The notes below the pieces were generated by a model. That model was not told where the DNA came from. It was given only the letters and a program-made list of their open reading frames with translations, and did no database searches. A DNA stretch of 38,159 bases from contig CAYSGX010000002.1 of assembly GCA_964430605.1 (NCBI GenBank), forward strand, positions 1-38,159, in the 5' to 3' direction. The stretch is from an uncultured Chitinophagaceae bacterium (GTDB lineage Bacteria; Bacteroidota; Bacteroidia; Chitinophagales; CAIOSU01). The translations under genes were made by a program, and so were the position numbers. Below, piece by piece: positions 16,887 through 25,212 of the stretch (position 1 is its first letter; each line of letters opens with the position of its first letter).

Positions 16887-16963
16887 TTTATGTGCTACAT
16901 TTTAAAAATATAGTGAAAATATTTGCACATTTATCAAATGTTTATATATATTTGTATTCTGAA
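16887..16963. promoter_or_regulatory. 77-bp divergent control region between the vsr-led and GHKL-led operons
   Basis: This is the only non-coding DNA between two back-to-back operons. On the + strand, TTTG (16922-16925) and TATATTTG (16947-16954) fit the Bacteroidetes -33 TTTG / -7 TAnnTTTG pattern. The palindrome ACATTTatcAAATGT (16927-16941) lies between them. Confidence 0.5.
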
Positions 16964-17215
16964 ATGAAAAACAAAGTTAGCAAAATGTCTTCTGTTAAAC
17001 GAGATAGATTCGAAAAAGTGGCTTCAAACCGTGTCCAAAAAATTATAGATTTTTTGGGGTTGCTCGGTAATTGTGCCAATAAGAATAATTACGAATACAC
17101 GGAAAAAGACGTGGAATTAATGTTTAAAGAAATTAACCGTGCTTTAAAAGAAACGAAAACGCTTTATGATAAAGAATTGAACAAAACGGGAAAAGCGGGT
17201 TTTAAATTTGAATAA
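16964..17215 (+). CDS. Small hypothetical protein, first gene of the plus-strand cassette
   Basis: The track ORF starts at GTG 16892 inside the promoter region. ATG 16964 (MKNKVSKMSSVKRDRFEKVASNRVQKIIDFLGLLGNCANKNNYEYTEKDV..) or ATG 16985 is more plausible. The stop lies 2 nt before the next ATG. Confidence 0.55.
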   Translation: MKNKVSKMSSVKRDRFEKVASNRVQKIIDFLGLLGNCANKNNYEYTEKDVELMFKEINRALKETKTLYDKELNKTGKAGFKFE

Positions 17216-17217
17216 AA

Positions 17218-19209
17218 ATGGAAGTAAAAAATATGGAGAAAAATTGTACTTGGCATTTTAAAGAAGAAGGCGGACGTGATGTTGGTCCAAATGACCCGAT
17301 TGATGAAAAGTTTAAAGGTCAACCTTATTATTCAATTGTTCGGGAAGCAATACAAAATTCATTAGATGCAGTGATGAATGACCAACAACCTGTAAAGGTT
17401 GTTTTCAGTTTTTTTGAAATTGACAGAAAAAATTATCCTAACTTTTTTCAGTTAGAAAATCATATTACCCAAAGTCAGCAATACTATTCCGACAACGATA
17501 ATGCAAAACGATTATTCGGAAATATGTTGGAATACCTTAACGGAAAAGAACCCAATAAGAAAAAACTAAAAATTTCGTGTATGCGTATTTCCGACTATAA
17601 TACGGTCGGAATGAATTATGATGCATAAAATACAAACTCGCCATTTTATGCTTTTTTGCGTGCAGGTGGTGTTAGTGCCAAAAGTCAAGGAGCTGGCGGT
17701 TCGTTTGGTTTCGGAAAAGGTGCTTACTATACACTTTCTCCGATTAAAACAATTGTGGTTTCAACTCGTGATAATGATAACAATGTATTTTTTGAAGGCT
17801 CAACTATTTTGACGACTCATAAAAATGCAACCAATCAGAAATTAACGGCTTACGGATATTATGATAACAACAACGGAGAACCGACACAAAACAACGATGA
17901 TATTCCCGAAGTTTTTCAGAGAACAAAAATCGGAACAGATGTGAACATTATTGGTTTGTGGAAAGAAGATGATAGGAAAAAGCTGATGATTAAATCTGTT
18001 CTCAATAACTTTTGGTTAGCGATTTATCATAAAAAACTCGTTGTTCAAGTTGATGATGTTACGATAAGTGAAAACAACATTGAACAAATAATTGACCAAT
18101 ATTTTGAAGGCGAATTTGAAAGCGGAAAAGCAGATGAAATTGAATCGTGGAATCCGAAAGCGTATTTCAAAGCAGTAAAATATGCAGGAAACCATGACCA
18201 ATATAAAGTGTTTGAAGATGAATTGAATACTATCGGGCAAGTAAAGCTATATGTTTATTTAGAAAAAGGTTTACCGAACCGTACAGCATATTTCAGAAAA
18301 CCTAAAATGGTTGTATTCAAACGAACAAACGGAAAAGTAAAAGGATATGTTGCGGTGTTTGTTTGTGAAAATGAGAAAGGAAACGAAATGCTCCGTCTAA
18401 TGGAAAATCCTGCACACAACGAATGGAAAGAAGAAAACTATCCAAAGAATGAAGGAGATATTGATACAAATGCTCGAAGAGGACGTATAGAAATAAGTGA
18501 TTTCATAAATAGAACGCTTGAATCTTTGGCAAAAATCAAAACAGGCAACAAGATTGCATTTGTAGGTTTGGAAGAATACTTGTCCATTCCCGAAGATTTG
18601 TTGGAAAAAGACGAAGAATACGATTTTGAAGGACAGAGTACAAGTAACGTTTCAGGACAATCAAGCAATGAAAATACCGAAGATGAAACAGGAATGCTCA
18701 CAAGCGATAAAACAGAACCTGTAACCATAAAACCAACCGTCAAAACACAACAGTCGGAAGCAAAAGGAGAAACCAATATTGAAGTAACGGAAGAAGGAGA
18801 AGAAACCATAACCGTAGGTGGAGAAAACGAAAGTGAAGGTGGAGATGCTCCGCCAAGTGATTTGGGCGATAATGTAAATACTGGAAATCGAACAGATGAA
18901 AGTCCGAATAAAAGCAGAACGGTTATAAAAGTACGTTTAAGAGTTGCGGCACAAACAGAAAACGAAGTTTTATTTCATCATTTGATTGTAAATTCCGATA
19001 ACGAAATTGAAAATGCAGAATTGGAATTGCTTGTAAGTGGCGATAATGATAGAGATGACAGCATTTCAATTATATCAAGCGACAAAGGAACTGTTTCAAA
19101 AAATACAATCAAAAATCTAAAACTTGACATAGGCGTAACCAAAATAAAAATACGCTTTGCAGACAACATTAAACACTCGGTAAAACTCAAAGCGTATGAA
19201 ATTCAATGA
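17218..19209 (+). pseudogene. MutL/MORC/Hsp90-type GHKL ATPase (663 codons) interrupted by one in-frame TAA at 17626-17628
   Basis: Track ORFs 17218-17628 and 17656-19209 are in the same frame (offset 438 nt). Reading through gives ..ISDYNTVGMNYDA*NTNSPFYAFLRAGGVSAKSQGAGGSFGFGKGAYY. Motif I REAIQNSLDA and motif II DYNTVGM lie upstream of the stop; the glycine-rich lid GGSFGFGKG lies downstream. Confidence 0.75.
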
Positions 19210-20050
19210 TGTTACTTTTCCGCATCCTGTGCTTGGTGTTGGCGATGCAATTAGCGGAAAAACAGGATTTACAAAAGAACCCGAAATAAGTAAAACACAA
19301 GATAGTTACAAGGTTACAATAGAATGTAATCTTGATAATGACGATTTGAAAAAGTTTCTGCAAGAAAACAAAGTGGAGTTTTTGTGTGACGTAACTTGTA
19401 CAAATACTGTTTACAGAGAAAACATTGTAAGCAATAGTGAAAAAATTGAATTTGATATTCATAGAAAACAAGTCAAAGGAAAAGTAGAATTTACTTGTGT
19501 ACTTGTGGCAAAAGAAAATTTGCAGAACTATTCAAATTCAAAAGCACATTCAGATTACAACGGATTTACTTTTGACTTGGACAAAGGCGATGTGTTGGCG
19601 TTCTTCGGAGAATTTACATTTGATGCCGATATAAAATACGAAAAACTAAAAGCCGTTTCTTCATTTATGGAAGTGGTAGAAAACGAAGCAATAGAATACA
19701 CAAACATTGATTTGAAAAAACCGAAAATTGAAGTTCAACTTCCGCCAAATGATTACAACGCATACAAAAGCGATGCAATTTCACACGAAATTAAATTTGC
19801 TCCAATGTTTCATTCTTCGCTTGTATTAAATGCGTTGTTAATTGCTCTGTATAATTTTGAAGAACACAAAGAGTATTTGTGGGCAAAAGCAATAGAATAC
19901 CGATTAAAAAACGACAAGGAACTAAACAGTATAAATTTTCAAGAAAAAGAAAACATTCCGGAAATAGCACAACGCTTATTGGGAAATCCGTTTAGCCGTT
20001 TGTTAAACGGATTGAATGTTATTGTTGAATCATTAGAAGAAGAAAATTAA
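19196..20050 (+). CDS. Hypothetical protein (284 aa), no family recognised
   Basis: ATG 19196 overlaps the GHKL gene end by 14 nt. The ORF is long and clean, beginning MKFNDVTFPHPVLGVGDAISGK. Confidence 0.7.
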   Translation: MKFNDVTFPHPVLGVGDAISGKTGFTKEPEISKTQDSYKVTIECNLDNDDLKKFLQENKVEFLCDVTCTNTVYRENIVSNSEKIEFDIHRKQVKGKVEFTCVLVAKENLQNYSNSKAHSDYNGFTFDLDKGDVLAFFGEFTFDADIKYEKLKAVSSFMEVVENEAIEYTNIDLKKPKIEVQLPPNDYNAYKSDAISHEIKFAPMFHSSLVLNALLIALYNFEEHKEYLWAKAIEYRLKNDKELNSINFQEKENIPEIAQRLLGNPFSRLLNGLNVIVESLEEEN

Positions 20051-20051
20051 A

Positions 20052-20780
20052 ATGGCAAAGCAAATTATATTCAAAGATAAATACGTTCAAAAATTAAAGA
20101 ACGAATTAAATATTGAGTTCTACAAGGCAAATAAATTTGTTTACGATAAGAAACAAATTTTGATGTTGCCTAATATTGAGAAAACGGAAAATTTGTTAGA
20201 GAGATTAGATGTAAATGATGATTGCAAAACGGCAATCCAAATTTACGAAGCCTTTCAAAAATTAGAACCGATACAAGCCTCAGATGAGCGTTTGTGGGTT
20301 TATCTTTCTCACGTTGATTTGTACTCGTATATGATTAAACGTTGGAATACCGGACATAGCGGAACGGTGAAAGATGAAAAAGCAAAAGAATATATTTTAG
20401 AACATTGGTTTTTGATTTCGTCAGCACAAAGCAGTTTGTTACGCCACGCTTTGGCCAGACTGTGGTGGTCGGTTTATTTGTCGGTTGATGAAACAAAAAA
20501 TGACAAGTATGAACTAACTAAAATTTTGTTTCGTCAGTTAGATTTTCCTACAAGAACGTTAGGAACGTACAAACTCGGTCGCCACAAAGAAGCTGTAATC
20601 GGAATTTTAGAGTTTATCAAAGAGAACGAAAATTTATTCAAAAATAAGTTCGAAGATAAAGCTCGTTTTATTACAAAACATTTGAATGTTGTCGGTGGTG
20701 TAAAACCTATTTCATATTACAACCGTATTTTTTTTAAGTTTGAATTGAAAAAAATGTCAAACGAAATTTCCAATATTTAG
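20052..20780 (+). CDS. Hypothetical protein (242 aa), no family confidently recognised
   Basis: Starts 1 nt after the upstream stop. It has W/R-rich conserved-looking blocks: DERLWVYLSHVDLYSYMIKRWN and LLRHALARLWWSVYLSVDE. Confidence 0.7.
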   Translation: MAKQIIFKDKYVQKLKNELNIEFYKANKFVYDKKQILMLPNIEKTENLLERLDVNDDCKTAIQIYEAFQKLEPIQASDERLWVYLSHVDLYSYMIKRWNTGHSGTVKDEKAKEYILEHWFLISSAQSSLLRHALARLWWSVYLSVDETKNDKYELTKILFRQLDFPTRTLGTYKLGRHKEAVIGILEFIKENENLFKNKFEDKARFITKHLNVVGGVKPISYYNRIFFKFELKKMSNEISNI

Positions 20781-20847
20781 TTCGTATAGCGTAGAAAAAA
20801 AGAAAAAACATTAAGTCGGTCAGCGTGTCGGTTTAATTGCTGTCCGT

Positions 20848-20940
20848 TTGTTATGTATGCTTTATGTCTTTGTTCACTTGTCAAAATGGTTTGCTTTGTT
20901 TATTTGTCGTCTGTCTTGTCGGCTTGCAAGGTCGCCCTAC
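20848..20940. repeat. Diverged TG-rich segment, possible copy D of the border repeat (right border of island 2)
   Basis: TTGTCGGCTTGCAAG (20916-30) resembles TTGTGCGGCTTGCAAATG in copy B, and T/G-rich runs precede it. Similarity is weak. Confidence 0.35.
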
Positions 20941-20952
20941 CATTGCCACCAA

Positions 20953-22353
20953 CTAAAATACTTGTGTAGTTTCCACACTGTTAATGGTGTGAAAAGTTGT
21001 TTGGTTATTTTTTATTTCCACAAAACCATTCTTACTTATATTGCCTCGCTTACCCGATGTGTTTACCGTAAATTCATGTTTTCCGGCAGGTAAATTTATC
21101 CGGGTATAAAAAATATCGTGAGGCAATGTTTGCCAGTTGCGGGTATCGGCTCTTTCGGTAATAGCATTAAAAATACTAAGCGCAACACCCAATCCATCTT
21201 TATCGTTTTTACGTGCTGTTGTTTCGGCCGCTTGTTTTAAAGCCACACGCAATAGCGCGACACCCAACTCGCGCAGCATTCTGTCTTTTAAATTCTGAAC
21301 AGCAATTTTGTTGATGTCTTGTGCCAGTTCAAATGTGCTTGTTTTACCTGCCAGATTTATAGTAGCTCTATTATACATAGGAAAACGCTCGTTGAATTTA
21401 GGAATAGCCACTCTCACAATTTTTAAATCTACCAATCTGGTGCGCTCATCAGCATTGCCCACATAAAATGGAAGATTGATGCCCCACTCTTCGTTTACAA
21501 AAGTTACATAACCCACCTGCCCGGGCAAAATAGTAAAATTGATACTCCATTCAGATTTTACCGGCCCAAGCCCATTCTGCCAAAACAACACTGCTTCTCC
21601 TCCATTGTGTTTTTCTTCTACATATTTGGTATTCCATTGTTTTTCAAAAAAATCTATTTCATCCCACAAGCCTGTTTTAGCCGCGGTTCTTAAAATATCT
21701 TTCTTCAATTGTTCAGGCGCATTTACACCGTAGTCTTTACTGTAATCGTCTTTATAAACATTATAAGCATTTCGGTAGGCTATGAAAGCATTGTTGTAAT
21801 CTTTATTGGCATCGTACACCAAGCCCATCAATAAATGACCGAATGCATCTTGCTTGTAAGTAATTTTCTTTTTATGAATATCACTTATTCGGTTTAGCTT
21901 TTCATTCAACCGTTTTGCTTCTACCAATGCCGCACTGTAATCGCCTAACGCCAGATAGTTTTTCGCCTTGTAATACTGAATCATTACATTTTCAAAATCT
22001 TCAGCTTTATAAGGCTTCACCATTGGGTTTGAAATGATTGCCAGCATTTCGTAGCCATAGTTCCGCTGAAAATCTTCTATGTATAAATCGGCTTGGGTAA
22101 AATATTCGTTGCTAAGATAGTGCTTGCCAAGAATATTGCAAACTACACCTTTATCGAAATAATATAACAAGCGGTCTTTACCTTTTCCCGCTTTCTTTTT
22201 ATTCTCTAAAAAAGTAAGCGATTGCTCAAATTGTGCTTTCTGAAATTTAGACTGAAAATCATTATTCATTTGATAATAAGTAGCGCAGGAATAAAATTGC
22301 GCTACTATTATCAATGCTAAAAACAGTTTTGTGATTTTATAACAGTCTTTCAT
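20953..22353 (-). CDS. Lipoprotein with TPR-like helical repeats (COG3014-like neighbour of LpoB-like genes)
   Basis: Track ORF runs to 22434. ATG 22353 gives the lipoprotein signal MKDCYKITKLFLALIIVAQFYSC. The N-terminal half is helical and Y/A/L/K-rich. The family call is from memory of synteny only. Confidence 0.5.
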   Translation of the reverse strand: MKDCYKITKLFLALIIVAQFYSCATYYQMNNDFQSKFQKAQFEQSLTFLENKKKAGKGKDRLLYYFDKGVVCNILGKHYLSNEYFTQADLYIEDFQRNYGYEMLAIISNPMVKPYKAEDFENVMIQYYKAKNYLALGDYSAALVEAKRLNEKLNRISDIHKKKITYKQDAFGHLLMGLVYDANKDYNNAFIAYRNAYNVYKDDYSKDYGVNAPEQLKKDILRTAAKTGLWDEIDFFEKQWNTKYVEEKHNGGEAVLFWQNGLGPVKSEWSINFTILPGQVGYVTFVNEEWGINLPFYVGNADERTRLVDLKIVRVAIPKFNERFPMYNRATINLAGKTSTFELAQDINKIAVQNLKDRMLRELGVALLRVALKQAAETTARKNDKDGLGVALSIFNAITERADTRNWQTLPHDIFYTRINLPAGKHEFTVNTSGKRGNISKNGFVEIKNNQTTFHTINSVETTQVF

Positions 22354-22500
22354 GTGCGTACTGAAAGGGTAAATCTGAAATTGAACAGGTGAAAAATTTT
22401 GTTTCAAATGCCGTTGGCTAAAGCCTAACGGCAATGAATTTATTGAGTTTATTTATGTAGGTTTCTTAGCATTTCGACAAAACATCTGTAAAACATTATG

Positions 22501-22533
22501 AGACTTACCAAGTCCGGCAGACTTGGCAAGTCT
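22501..22533 (-). terminator. Terminator-like hairpin downstream of the LpoB-like gene
   Basis: 14-bp stem: AGACTTACCAAGTC / GACTTGGCAAGTCT, loop cggca. The single mismatch becomes a G-U pair on the minus-strand RNA. Only a weak U-rich tail follows. Confidence 0.35.
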
Positions 22534-22547
22534 TAAAAATATTTCGG

Positions 22548-23138
22548 TTAATTTTCGATATACTTTTTGATTTTTTTCTGGCCAATCCAGGAAATATCGT
22601 TGGTTTCCAAATCGGTCAATTTCAGATCTATTTGATAAGTAACCGTTTTTTGTTTGTTGTATTGATCAACAATAGAATTGATGGTGCCTTGCAACATAAA
22701 ATCAGCCCCTAATTCTCTCTTCCATTTTTTGGTAGTTTCGGGTGAAGCAAATTCTTGTTGGTCGCCACGCTCTTTGCGTACTTCTTCGCGAAAATCTTTT
22801 CCCTGAGCCAATTTTACCAAGCCTGAATTCAGCAACTCTCTTTCAATATCATTAATGAAAGTTTCAGAAGCAATATGCTCGCTGCTTCGGTTTACAATAG
22901 TGCCCACAATAATTCTTGGCGGCTTGTTGTTTTGCGTTTCAAAGCGGGTTCTCCAAGGGCGGGCTAAGGCATCTTTTACTATTTCTTCCGCCACTAAGCG
23001 GGCATCAGTATCGTTCCATCTGCCGCTTAAATCAATTGTTTCTTTAGGGTCAATACGTTCTACTGTGCGAGTGGTTTTGCAGGCATTAAAAGTAACAAGT
23101 ACTACCGCAAATAAAATAATGTGTTTTGTAAGTTTCAT
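22548..23138 (-). CDS. LpoB-like (COG3417) lipoprotein, penicillin-binding-protein activator family
   Basis: 196 aa. Lipobox VLVTFNAC, plus IDLSGRWNDTDARLVAEEIV and IVGTIVNRS, the pattern I associate with LpoB-type proteins. Confidence 0.6.
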   Translation of the reverse strand: MKLTKHIILFAVVLVTFNACKTTRTVERIDPKETIDLSGRWNDTDARLVAEEIVKDALARPWRTRFETQNNKPPRIIVGTIVNRSSEHIASETFINDIERELLNSGLVKLAQGKDFREEVRKERGDQQEFASPETTKKWKRELGADFMLQGTINSIVDQYNKQKTVTYQIDLKLTDLETNDISWIGQKKIKKYIEN

Positions 23139-23223
23139 AGCTGTAAATTTTATCTGTTTTCAGTGGAATCAAATATCGTTCCAATTGGTTTCAAAGTTAA
23201 TTCTATATTTTGTGAAATAAATA

Positions 23224-23354
23224 GCGTGTACGACAAATTGCACAATTCCACATGAAGATACTCTTCGACAGGCTCAGAGTGACAATAACTTCATTAGTGT
23301 CATGGTGAGTTTATCGAACCATATTTATTCTGATATGCAATTTGTCGTACACGC
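23224..23354. repeat. Nested inverted-repeat element (REP/MITE-like), 131 bp
   Basis: Outer arms are a perfect 19-bp inverted repeat: GCGTGTACGACAAATTGCA (23224-23242) and TGCAATTTGTCGTACACGC (23336-23354). Inner arms are imperfect: TTCGACAGGCTCAGAGTGACA (23264-23284) and TGTCATGGTGAGTTTATCGAA (23298-23318). Confidence 0.85.
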
Positions 23355-23368
23355 AATGAATATTTGAA

Positions 23369-24016
23369 ATGGAATCTGAAAAAGATAAACTCTTAAAAAG
23401 CGTTAAAATTCCTTTAATTCTGGTAATAGCAATGTGGCTTATAGCCATTGCTGAAGCTGTTTTGAAAACCGACTTTGGTATGTATGGTATTAAACCGCTC
23501 ACGACACAGGGTTTGGCGGGAATTATATTAGCGCCCTTTATTCATGGTGGCTGGCAGCATTTAATGTCAAATACTCCGGGGGTATTTGTGTTGGGCGTAA
23601 TGATGAATTACTTCTACCCTTCTGTCTCAAAAATTTCTATGTTGCTTATTTTATTTTTAAGCGGAATGGGTGTGTGGCTGTTTGCCCGAAACAGCTATCA
23701 TATCGGGGCAAGTGGTTTGGTTTATGGTTTTGCTTTCTTTTTGTTTTTCAGCGCAATTTTCAGAAACGATATGCGCTCTATGGCGATTAGTTTTTTTATT
23801 ATTCTTTTTTATGGCGGTATCATTTGGGGCATGTTGCCTTTAGATAATAAAGTATCTTTTGAAAGCCATATATCGGGTGCGGTAAGCGGAATAGTTTTAG
23901 CCTACTGGGGCAGGAAAAGTGATATTGTACCTAAACCTGTTTCAGAAGAAACAATTGAAAATAATATGCCGAGTTATAGGGAAATGAATGAAGAAAAAGA
24001 TAGATTTAGTGAATAA
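23369..24016 (+). CDS. Rhomboid-family intramembrane serine protease
   Basis: 215 aa, multi-pass hydrophobic. FIHGGWQHLMSN and the catalytic GASGLVYG, with a downstream histidine (SHISGAVSG). Confidence 0.85.
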   Translation: MESEKDKLLKSVKIPLILVIAMWLIAIAEAVLKTDFGMYGIKPLTTQGLAGIILAPFIHGGWQHLMSNTPGVFVLGVMMNYFYPSVSKISMLLILFLSGMGVWLFARNSYHIGASGLVYGFAFFLFFSAIFRNDMRSMAISFFIILFYGGIIWGMLPLDNKVSFESHISGAVSGIVLAYWGRKSDIVPKPVSEETIENNMPSYREMNEEKDRFSE

Positions 24017-24054
24017 ATTCTCTTTCCCGAACTTTGCGCCACAATTAACCCGAC

Positions 24055-24726
24055 ATGGAGAAAGAATTATATACCACAGCCGATGGCACACACACGCTGT
24101 TCGTTAAAGATTTAGATGAACACTATCATTCGGTGCATGGCGCATTGCAAGAGTCGATGCACGTGTTTATCAATGCGGGCTTAACTGAAGCCGAAAAGAA
24201 ATTTGATACTATTCATTTATTGGAAATTGGTTTTGGCACCGGGCTTAATTGTTTGCTCACTTATTTCAACCATCATGGTGCAATAAAATATGCAGGCATA
24301 GAAGCTTTTCCTGTAGAAGAAAGTATTTTAGGCAAACTGAATTATACCGAGTGGATGAATTACAGAGACTCTCAAAAATTATTTAATAATATTCATGCTG
24401 CCGAATGGAATAAACCTGTGAAACTAAATGCCGATTTTGAATTAATAAAACTGAATACCAAAATTGAAAATATTGCCACTACTAACTTGCAAATTTTTGA
24501 CAAACCCAATCTGATTTATTTCGATGCTTTTGCACCCTCGGCACAACCTGAATTATGGACTGAAAATATTTTCAAAGACATTTACAGCATAATGGATAAA
24601 GGTGGCATATTAGTTACCTACTGCGCTAAAGGCGAAGTGAAAAGAAATATGAAGGCAGCAGGCTTTAAAGTTGAAGCCTTGCCCGGGCCAAAAGGCAAAC
24701 GTGAAATGACAAGAGCAATAAAATAA
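24055..24726 (+). CDS. mnmD: tRNA (mnm5s2U34)-methyltransferase MnmD-like SAM-dependent methyltransferase
   Basis: 223 aa. SAM motif LLEIGFGTGLN, plus the family-typical YFDAFAPSAQPELW. Confidence 0.75.
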   Translation: MEKELYTTADGTHTLFVKDLDEHYHSVHGALQESMHVFINAGLTEAEKKFDTIHLLEIGFGTGLNCLLTYFNHHGAIKYAGIEAFPVEESILGKLNYTEWMNYRDSQKLFNNIHAAEWNKPVKLNADFELIKLNTKIENIATTNLQIFDKPNLIYFDAFAPSAQPELWTENIFKDIYSIMDKGGILVTYCAKGEVKRNMKAAGFKVEALPGPKGKREMTRAIK

Positions 24727-24782
24727 ATTCAAAATACGAAACTCAAAATTCAAAACAGGCAACAACAATTATATAAAAAGAA

Positions 24783-25211
24783 ATGAAAAAACGGCTTTTT
24801 CTTTTTTGCGCTTTCGGGTGCATCGGCATCACTACCGAAATATTTTTTACCGCCATTGTCGATTTAATAGACATGATTCAGGCAGAAAATATAAATCTGA
24901 AACTACAGGGCAAATCATACATTTGGATGTTTCCTATTTATGGCTTGGCAGGCATTTTATTTCCGTTGATCCTACCTTATTTTGAAAAATTTCCTGCAAT
25001 AATAAGAGCCGCGATTTACGCCACCGGAATATTGATTGTTGAATTTATTACAGGCGGCTTATTAGATATTTTTACAGGCTCGTGCCCGTGGGAATACAAA
25101 ACCGGTTGGCATATCATGGGTTATATTCGATTAGATTATTTTCCACTGTGGGCAGGTTTTGGCTATATGGTAGAAACTATCGTGAAGTTTTTAAGCAGGT
25201 TTGAGGTTTGA
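24783..25211 (+). CDS. Small integral membrane protein (PF06541-like 'ABC-transporter type IV' family, from memory)
   Basis: 142 aa with about four hydrophobic helices (CIGITTEIFFTAIVD, WMFPIYGLAGILFPLILPYF). Confidence 0.6.
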   Translation: MKKRLFLFCAFGCIGITTEIFFTAIVDLIDMIQAENINLKLQGKSYIWMFPIYGLAGILFPLILPYFEKFPAIIRAAIYATGILIVEFITGGLLDIFTGSCPWEYKTGWHIMGYIRLDYFPLWAGFGYMVETIVKFLSRFEV

Positions 25212-25212
25212 A

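Noticed and set aside
17618-17812. A frameshift explanation for the split GHKL gene, using the +2-frame ORF 17618-17812
   Set aside because: The two GHKL ORFs start 438 nt apart (146 codons), so they are in the same frame with a single TAA between them. No frameshift is needed, and the 64-aa ORF is an overlap artefact.
10216-20780. Base composition as evidence that the islands were horizontally acquired
   Set aside because: Spot counts on single 60-nt lines gave 15/60 G+C at 12421-12480 and 14/60 at 4561-4620 in the islands. Core genes gave 28/60 at 9181-9240 and 29/60 at 28561-28620. However, a core gldM line (33301-33360) is also 15/60. Composition is heterogeneous and I cannot do proper windowed statistics by eye.
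3699-20930. Whether the recurring GGCTTGCAAATGTG-type units could be a CRISPR array
   Set aside because: Only one or two units occur per site, kilobases apart. There is no regular repeat-spacer periodicity and no cas genes.
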